Assembly: GCA_003176035.1 (NCBI GenBank) | Contig: PSRL01000048.1 | Coordinates: 1-36,147 of the forward strand | Source of the DNA: Verrucomicrobiota bacterium | Lineage (GTDB): Bacteria > Verrucomicrobiota > Verrucomicrobiia > Chthoniobacterales > Xiphinematobacteraceae | DNA: 36,147 nt | Direction of reading: 5' to 3' | In this document: one piece after another, positions 29,174 through 36,147 of the stretch | Position numbering within the stretch: the stretch's first letter is position 1 | Layout of the letters: each line of letters begins with the position of its first letter | Position numbers and translations under genes: made by a program | Notes under the pieces: model-generated | What the model saw: the letters and a program-made list of their open reading frames with translations, nothing else | What the model was told of the DNA's origin: nothing | Databases searched by the model: none

Positions 29174-30097
29174 TTAGGCAGCTCCGGAAAAAATCATTCT
29201 ATAGAGCTCTGCTTGAGGGATCTCTTCGGCCCATTGGCTATTTAGAATCTTTGGCGGATTGGTGTTCATTTTATTGTAATCAAGTGTAAAAAAATCATCC
29301 TCTTCAAAACAAAATTTTCTTTCCTCTTCACTTACCAACATTTCATGTAACTTTTCTCCCGCACAGAGGCCGCTTGTAAAAAACTTTTTCCTTCCCGTCA
29401 GAAGTTGTAAGATTTTTATGATTTTGGCTTTTTTCATTTTTGGAATATAAATACGTCCGTTTTTTCCAAAAGTGAGGAGTTGGACAATACACTTCGCTGC
29501 CGCTTCCACTGTAAAAAAAAAGCGAGAGGCTTCGGGGTCGGAGACGCTAAGATCGCGGTTCGGGTTTTTTTTCCAGAGCGGAACAAGGCTACCCTTTGAA
29601 TCAATCATGTTACCAAACCTGATGCAATACGCTTGTCCGTCGACAATTTGGCTTACTTCTAAGATAAGCTGCTCCATAATATATTTGCTAGCTCCGTAAA
29701 CGCTAGCAGGTGAAGCTGCCTTATCCGTTGAAATTCCAATAATTTTTTTGATCTTGTTTCGTAAGGCGGCCTTCAAAAGAGCCTCTGTGCCATAGACGTT
29801 GTTCAAAATCGCTTGAAAAGGTTGCCTCTGACATCGAATGATGTCCTTCATTGCCGCGGCATGGATTGCAATAGTACATCCCCGCAAAGCCGACGTTAAT
29901 TCCTGACAGTCGCGAATATCCCCAATCACATACTCGATATTGCGATTTCCGATCTCCTGCAACATCTCAAACTGCCGCTCTTCATTGCGGGAATAGACCA
30001 CTACTTGACTTGAAAAGGAAAGAATACGTGTCAGCACTCTTCCAAGAGAACCGCTTCCACCGGTAATTAAAATTCTTTCTCCTTCAAGCGCACACAT
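29174..30097 (-). CDS. NDP-sugar 4,6-dehydratase/epimerase (PseB/FlaA1/CapD-like SDR)
   Basis: ITGGSGSLG, GDIRD, HAAAMK, ISTDKA, YGASK, RFGN, GEKLHE. Confidence 0.9.
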   Translation of the reverse strand: MCALEGERILITGGSGSLGRVLTRILSFSSQVVVYSRNEERQFEMLQEIGNRNIEYVIGDIRDCQELTSALRGCTIAIHAAAMKDIIRCQRQPFQAILNNVYGTEALLKAALRNKIKKIIGISTDKAASPASVYGASKYIMEQLILEVSQIVDGQAYCIRFGNMIDSKGSLVPLWKKNPNRDLSVSDPEASRFFFTVEAAAKCIVQLLTFGKNGRIYIPKMKKAKIIKILQLLTGRKKFFTSGLCAGEKLHEMLVSEEERKFCFEEDDFFTLDYNKMNTNPPKILNSQWAEEIPQAELYRMIFSGAA

Positions 30098-30773
30098 AAG
30101 GAACTATCTTTTTCGCCCCCATTCGAAATAAAATATCAACAATGGATGTGTTTTCATAAGGAAAGTCACCTAAAGCTAATTTTTGTGAAAAACTGTGCAT
30201 AATAACATCGATCTTCTGATTTTTAAACAACCGATGATCCAAATATCGGTGGCTTCCCATACCGGTAATATAGGATGTAGCGCCGACTTTTTTGCAAATA
30301 TCCACAAGAAGTTCACTTTTCCTTCCGGTAGCATTTAAAGAGGATGCTAAAATTAAGTCTGTGTCAATTCCAATAATTCTCCGAATACAAGCGATAATTG
30401 CCATGTTGAGATCCATTAATTTCTCCCATGGATGCAATATAATATGTTCAAAGAGCTCAATGTAGGTCGGAAAAAAGTGACTCTTCCGGTAGTTTATTTT
30501 CAGCGATTCCAAGTATTTGTGTTGCCAGCGGACTACTTCGGAGGCAATTCCGATTTCTCTAAATTCTTTTCGAATATGGTGTTTCATCTTGACTGGCACA
30601 GTTTGCCAATAAGTTACGCCAAAGCGATTAAGAAATCGATTTCTGTTTTGATAATTATTTTTAGTAAATTGAACGCAGTCTAAAATAACAAATAGATCAC
30701 ACCGCCTCATTTTGCTAAAAAATCCGAGCCATGGCATGTGTTCAGGCTGATGAATGGCAACTTGTATGCTCAT
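30084..30773 (-). CDS. WbqC-like protein
   Basis: AIHQP..MPWLGFFSK, LDCVQF, YQNRNR, GATSYITG, SIVDILF. Confidence 0.9.
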   Translation of the reverse strand: MSIQVAIHQPEHMPWLGFFSKMRRCDLFVILDCVQFTKNNYQNRNRFLNRFGVTYWQTVPVKMKHHIRKEFREIGIASEVVRWQHKYLESLKINYRKSHFFPTYIELFEHIILHPWEKLMDLNMAIIACIRRIIGIDTDLILASSLNATGRKSELLVDICKKVGATSYITGMGSHRYLDHRLFKNQKIDVIMHSFSQKLALGDFPYENTSIVDILFRMGAKKIVPYVCA

Positions 30774-30779
30774 GAATAA

Positions 30780-31472
30780 TCAGATGATTCTCCGATATGT
30801 TTTCAGAGCTTCCGCATAATGACAACCCGACTCGATTCCCCGATAGCGGGCCCAATTTTTAATGCCCTCTAAGGAAAGACAATTGTCCAGTCGCCGGGAT
30901 TGGCTTGGAAAACAATTTGTGAAACACTCCAATTTTTTTTGTATCTCGCTTTCGGTGAGGTGAACATAGACATCAGGCTTAAAATCTGTGTGGGGCCCTA
31001 ACGAATGAATATAACTCGGGTTTTCCATGATATACATTTCGAGAGGACAAAATAGGGAGTTAGGTCGGGTAGCTGCAATGACGGCATCATGAACAATAGT
31101 ATGGTCATGGTGAAAAGAGGCGCCTTGGAAAATTAACTGATCGGGCTTGATCTGATCGATGATATCCTCAATTTGAGTGACCACACGTTTCTTAGGTATG
31201 GTATCGAGTTCGGTATCGCAATCCATGGGGAGGTCTCGATTCTTTCCTTGATGCCAAGTTCCTGAAAAATAATGAACGTAGTTTCGGTATTCCGCAAGGC
31301 GATCTGTGCGTTTGACGAACCCACACTGGCGCATCTGAAGATTTGAACAGGTTAAAAGTAAAAAGTGGTATTCAAAAGAATCCCGATTTTTTTCCAGGTA
31401 TCCGGCAATGCTGAGGAGGGAATCGTCGCTGTGAGCTTCAACTATAAGTATTTTCCGTTTTTTTGAAATCAT
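30780..31472 (-). CDS. PIG-L/LmbE family N-deacetylase
   Basis: Metal motifs AHSDD and HHDH, C-terminal ARYRG...YAEA. Confidence 0.88.
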   Translation of the reverse strand: MISKKRKILIVEAHSDDSLLSIAGYLEKNRDSFEYHFLLLTCSNLQMRQCGFVKRTDRLAEYRNYVHYFSGTWHQGKNRDLPMDCDTELDTIPKKRVVTQIEDIIDQIKPDQLIFQGASFHHDHTIVHDAVIAATRPNSLFCPLEMYIMENPSYIHSLGPHTDFKPDVYVHLTESEIQKKLECFTNCFPSQSRRLDNCLSLEGIKNWARYRGIESGCHYAEALKTYRRII

Positions 31473-31489
31473 TGATGCAACATTCTGTA

Positions 31490-32656
31490 TTATTTTCCGG
31501 GTGTTTTTTTTATTGATGCTACGGAATTGCCAGGCTTAGATTCCAAAGTATTTTTAATAATAGTATTTACCTTAGAAAGTATTTCTTCTAAATACTGCGT
31601 TGGCATATTAAAATGAGGATATAAAATAAACTTATTTTCAGATCGGTAAACGAGTATTCCCTCAATTTTCATTTTTGCTTCACACAGTGCCGCCATCAAT
31701 ACCGGCTTGTCTGATCTAATTGTAATAATAAGGGCATATCCTCTGGGGTAAAATTCCACAGATGAGGTTGTATAGGCAGCGGCATCCTGAAATACTTTTG
31801 AAATACCGGATTGAGCATTGCTCAAAGTACGAAGCGTTGATAATACGGAATGACTGTTTGAAATAATAAACGGATTGTACGAAAATCCTGTACACCTCTT
31901 ATTAACCTCAATTTCCAGGTCACTGGAATAAATATTGTTATGTATAGCGGCAAAAGAAAACGGAAGCCCGTTTGAAAGCGCTTTGGCACCTACTACAATA
32001 TCGACTCTAATAGGCAGTTGATTTATAAACCACACCTGACCGGAGCGAAAACCACTTCGCATTTCATCAAATATCAGAAGGACGCCAAATCGGTCGCAAA
32101 TCGCTCTGAGTTCGGTCCAATACCAGTCGGGAATTTTAATAAAAAAATCGCAAAAATTTGGATCGATGATGATACCGCTATACTGCAATGTGGCTAAACG
32201 GTCGGTAATTTCAAGGATACTCTGTTCGTAGGTAAAAGCAGGGACGTTGACTAATGCGTCCTCCACACAGTGCGGCAAAGCGAGAGCATCCTCGTTGAGC
32301 TTTATAATCGCTGCTGTCGAACCATGATAACAGCTGATATATTTCAGGACCAGCGATTTTTTTGTGTATAATTGGCTATAGTGAATGGCGTGCTCAACTG
32401 CCAAGGAACCTGATGTGTCAAACAATATGGCTGTAAATGTTTGGCAAAACGTTTGCCGGAGATCGGACTTCAACAACTCAATCTCAGATTCATTTTGGAA
32501 ATAATGCGGCTGGGAATCATAGGGCGCCGCATAACGAAATCCTAGAGAGTTGTATTGGTCAAACAATACAATATAGACATTTGAATCAACTTGAATCTCG
32601 TGTGCTCCTACGGGACGAGTAATGAGATAATTATTGCGAGGTTTTTCTGTTTCCAT
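31490..32656 (-). CDS. Class-III PLP-dependent aminotransferase
   Basis: SGSLAVE, YHG, LLIFDEMRSGFRSG, DIVVGAKALSNGLP (PLP lysine present). Confidence 0.88.
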   Translation of the reverse strand: METEKPRNNYLITRPVGAHEIQVDSNVYIVLFDQYNSLGFRYAAPYDSQPHYFQNESEIELLKSDLRQTFCQTFTAILFDTSGSLAVEHAIHYSQLYTKKSLVLKYISCYHGSTAAIIKLNEDALALPHCVEDALVNVPAFTYEQSILEITDRLATLQYSGIIIDPNFCDFFIKIPDWYWTELRAICDRFGVLLIFDEMRSGFRSGQVWFINQLPIRVDIVVGAKALSNGLPFSFAAIHNNIYSSDLEIEVNKRCTGFSYNPFIISNSHSVLSTLRTLSNAQSGISKVFQDAAAYTTSSVEFYPRGYALIITIRSDKPVLMAALCEAKMKIEGILVYRSENKFILYPHFNMPTQYLEEILSKVNTIIKNTLESKPGNSVASIKKTPGK

Positions 32657-33091
32657 ACGGCAAAAATCTGATTGTTAGCAATTTTCTCCTCCTCAAATTA
32701 CATGGACTATTCCATTGATACGGCAACTTAAAATATGCTCACCTTCATGCATGTTCTCAGTAAATTTTCGACTAACCTACCTCGTTTTTAGTTTTCTCGG
32801 TAAATAGCTATAATCGTTTGCGCTGCGCTCCCTTAAAAAAGATCAAAATATTGATTCTAAACTGACTTGATTTTACTTTAAGAAGTTTTAAACGCCGTTC
32901 GATTCGCTCTACTTGCTGTACATTAATTTCAAGATTATAAACAGCATTTAGAAAGGTATTAGTCGTTAAAAATTATCATTGTAATAAGTTATGGTATTCA
33001 AACATGAGGTAGGTTCTTTTAGACGCTATTTTTAAGTATATAACGGTTGAAAATGATGGTTGGTTAAACGAAGGTTTAATTTTTCGAGGAT

Positions 33092-33368
33092 TCAGACTCG
33101 GAAACCTAGGGAGGCTGGAGCACAAAGCAATTGTCGCATAGGATCAGCTACGAGGACGATGGTTTTTATCCCTCTGGCGCATCCGAACAACTCATACGAC
33201 CCCATCCTATGCCAGGAGGCTTTCGCCCAAAGACTAGGCGTCCTTTGTGAAGCTGGGCTATGTTTCCAAAGTCTGTCTATATCCTCAGCGGTATTGCCTC
33301 ATATTGCCATATCGCCTGGTTTGAATATTTCTGACGACGCCTTCTTCCTAACTGGGATAGACATTCTA
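33092..33368. mobile_element. Degenerate full-length MITE, long family
   Basis: Shares aaacctagggaggctgg...aagcaatt, cgaccccatcctatg and tcgcctgg...aatatttctg blocks with 18631-18853. Termini are eroded, so boundaries are approximate. Confidence 0.75.
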
Positions 33369-33601
33369 GTATGTATTCCACAAACTTAGTTTGACTTGGG
33401 TGTTTAAGATATAAGGATGCATGTTATTTTAACGTGTATGTTGTGTGTATTTTAGGAAGAACAATAAAACTATAGGATATTACACTTGAACTGTGTAGTA
33501 AACTAACGTAATTGCGTAGGGCAGCCCCTTAAATCCTGCAAGTTGGCAAAATTCTCTGTCCATATCTTAGTTTCCGTTGCTTGCTGTGCTCTTCTAGTCA
33601 C

Positions 33602-33716
33602 TAGAACTCATCCCAAAACCCATGATGTTACCATAGCGTTAGTCTGAAGATGGGCATGAATACAGGTATTAACATACGGAAATTTATGTAAGGACAAGGT
33701 TTTGGGATAGGTTCTA
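33602..33716. mobile_element. 115-bp short MITE with the same terminal-repeat type
   Basis: TAGAACTCATCCCAAAACC ... GGTTTTGGGATAGGTTCTA (19 bp, two mismatches). Interior unrelated to the long family. Confidence 0.8.
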
Positions 33717-34833
33717 CAAGAATTTCTAATTCCAGATATAGAACTGTCAATATGGCGAGTTAGTTTATATTTCGATTGTTATATTTTATTAAAACGAAAT
33801 TTACAAAGTGCTCGCAAAAAACCATGTCGCCCAATACCTCGAGACTTGCAGGACCTGGAAGGTTTGGATGGTGCCTGATTCTCCCTGACAGGCGCGTCGT
33901 TATCTTGAGCAATATCTTGTGAATCGGATAATCGGCCGTCCGGCCTGTTAAGAGGCGACAAAGGATGCACTGCAACCAATTGCATATCCGCGCCTTCTAT
34001 TACAGAAATCTTTTTAGTGGGGCCTAATGAAACATTCATAAAAAATAATATCAACGTAGTATGACGTATATTGTCTGTTTTTGACATTTATAATAATATT
34101 GTTACTCTATAATGTGAATATCCTCCTCGAAATGTGACAAGCGGAGGACGCAAAAAAGGGGTAGTCAGATATTAAAGTTTTCATCGGTTATAGTGATTAA
34201 TTGAATTTATATGCGGCAACAAAAAGTCGAAACTCGCTTGGGAGCGACTGCCGTTTTTGAAGTTCCTAAAAATGTAGTTTGTAACGTGATGATTGTCAAC
34301 AGATAAAACGACGGGTTGACGAGGATAGGTTGTTTTAAGTGTAACGCCCGGCGAAATAGGGAAACTTGAATGGCTTTCTGTGCAGAGCCGCACATTACAA
34401 ATACAAAGTTATTTATTATTAAATATTGTTTAAAAAACATAAGCGCTAAGCATAAATAGCTAATTGATTAAATATAAGTATAGGTTGTATAGGCTTAAAG
34501 TAGCATTATATAATGTGTTTTATCTGAATTCATAATTTTTAAGGCATCCCCGACTGTCGGGAAAAGATGGATTGTATGCGTCCAAAACATAGGCCAGTTA
34601 AATAAGACAAAATGATGCAACAACGGGCTTTTAATGGCTTGCAGATATAGCAAAACACCCATAATTGGGGGCAATTTCGGGAGGACCATTGTCCCTCACG
34701 CATTGTCGCAAAACTATCGAGTAGCCCCCATCACTGAGGCCCCCCCTCACAGAACCGTACTGGTACTGTTCACATACGGCCCTTCGGAACACTGGGTTAT
34801 GATCTCCATGTATGTTTCTACAACCTCGTTTAT

Positions 34834-35358
34834 TCAAAATACCCATGAACATTGCATCGGTTTCTGAGCGGCCATGCGCTCCAGGTGTTCCCTGTAGTGC
34901 TGCAGCAATGACTTGAGTCGGCCTGTTCTTCCCAAAGGGAGTTCTTCAGTGCTCCGTCTACTGCAAGCCACTGTCTCGAATGCCGCCCAGAGTCTTCGTT
35001 CCACTTCTTTCAGGGTCGCTGTCGTTCCTTTCTCTGGCTTGAGTTGGCCATGGCGGCGGCGTACGCGCGAGCTGCACTTCGGGTTTCTGCCAACCCTTGC
35101 GCCGTAGCCGGGAGTTTGTTCTCCCTCTTCGGCTGTTCCAAATTGCAGTTCAAGTTACATTGGCATACTTTCGAACGCTTTCGCCTTCACTCCCCCGATT
35201 GCTCTTGCTTCTAGGTCGGAACTGGCTTTTACCCACCATCTTGTTTCTATGCCGTTGTCTAACTTTCGTTGGACCTTTGTTCTTTCGTTCTGCGGGATTG
35301 CATCAGTTTCTGGTGCTTCTCCAATAGATCTCTCCGGATAAGAATTAACAGACTTCAT
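34834..35358 (-). pseudogene. Possible interrupted orphan gene
   Basis: The 67-aa ORF (35155-35358) continues in frame past its TAA for about 106 further sense codons (LELQFGTAEE...LKEVERRLWAAF...HYREHLERM...) in GC-richer sequence. No family recognised. Confidence 0.3.
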
Positions 35359-35671
35359 ACGCTTGTCGCGCCATTAGCTTGCAGCTTCGGACAGATTTTG
35401 GATTTTGCCACGGCTCGCGGGCTTCATTTGAGGGAAATCCAATTCATTCGGTATGCGCAAAGTGATATTCAAAGAGAAGTCGATAGCCTGATTCCGTGAC
35501 CCCAGTATTGTGCTAAAACAACGCCTTGATGAATTAGGGAAAGGAGGCAGCTGAGCGTTTAGCCATGCACTCCGGCTACTTTACTTTCCCAAAAAACAAA
35601 GCTTGCAATCAGTGTTTTTAAAGCTGACCAAGTGGCTGGGAGAAACGCTAAACTGACAAAGTCCCTTTATT

Positions 35672-36073
35672 ATGTTGAGTTCACTGAGCAAATTCCGCGA
35701 TTTCGGTCTACTTTTATTGCGTCTAGTGATCGGTATTTGGTTTATTTGGCATGGATGGCCGCTTTTAGCGGCTGGTCCCCATAAATGGACTTCTGTTGGG
35801 TCGATCATGAAACACCTGGAGATCACTTTCTCCCCGGCCTTTTGGGGTTTTATGGCGGCGTTTTCGCAGGTGGCCGGAGGCGCATTATTTGTTCTCGGCC
35901 TCTTTTTGCGACCAGCAACGCTCTTATTGGCCGTAACTATGGGAGTGGCAACATTCGAGTGTCTTCACAAAGGAGAGCCATTTGCAAAATGGTCTGAACC
36001 GGCTGCGATGACTATTGTGTTTATTGCTTTTCTCTTTATTGGCGCTGGCCGTTATAGTTTCGACAAGGACTAG
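35672..36073 (+). CDS. DoxX family membrane protein
   Basis: GLLLLRLVIG..FIWHG, GLFLRPA, GAGRYSFD with hydrophobic helices. Confidence 0.9.
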   Translation: MLSSLSKFRDFGLLLLRLVIGIWFIWHGWPLLAAGPHKWTSVGSIMKHLEITFSPAFWGFMAAFSQVAGGALFVLGLFLRPATLLLAVTMGVATFECLHKGEPFAKWSEPAAMTIVFIAFLFIGAGRYSFDKD

Positions 36074-36147
36074 CTAGTCGTCCCTGAAAAAGTCCTTTTG
36101 GCTAGAAAGCATCAATGTCCGGAGGCAATTTGGTAACGAAATTTCGA

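Noticed and set aside
1956-32656. Link between the trehalose genes and the cluster (amino-trehalose product)
   Set aside because: They are separated by dnaA-dnaN and differ in base composition. Proximity is the only support.
33060-33389. 109-aa ORF
   Set aside because: Almost wholly within the degenerate MITE, with no domain recognised.
12036-33716. Recurring TAGAACCTCTCCCAAAACC sequence as a CRISPR repeat
   Set aside because: Copies are kilobases apart, occur as inverted pairs, have no regular spacers, and no cas genes are present.
36074-36100. CTAGTCGTCCCTGAAAAAGTC after the DoxX stop as an IS end
   Set aside because: Only weak resemblance to IS termini and no partner repeat within the window.

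Overview
Bacterial chromosome window, probably Verrucomicrobiota (inferred from the DnaA sequence, not checked by search). The left part (1-17.3 kb) is mostly housekeeping: cfa, a TreS-maltokinase fusion, treY, treZ, an ECF sigma factor, a sodium:solute symporter and dnaA-dnaN. An orphan protein with an internal domain duplication lies between treS and treY. Directly after dnaN is a visibly AT-richer cluster of about 15 kb and 17 genes (17949-32656) in three blocks. It encodes a class-III aminotransferase, PIG-L deacetylase, WbqC-like protein, NDP-sugar dehydratase, three glycosyltransferases, an ABC exporter, an acyl carrier protein, an adenylation enzyme, a BtrH-like protein, a 2OG-Fe(II) oxygenase, an altered CobT-like phosphoribosyltransferase with a HAD phosphatase, and a degenerate NYN protein. 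This enzyme set parallels butirosin-type aminoglycoside tailoring but has no 2-deoxystreptamine synthase in view. It is the best candidate here for an undescribed biosynthetic system, and its product is inferred only. TA-flanked miniature inverted-repeat elements (termini TAGA(A/C/G)C...) are scattered through the window. Two of them supply gene stop codons, and one of those also supplies the N-terminal codons of a glycosyltransferase. The window ends in a decayed AT-rich stretch and a DoxX gene.
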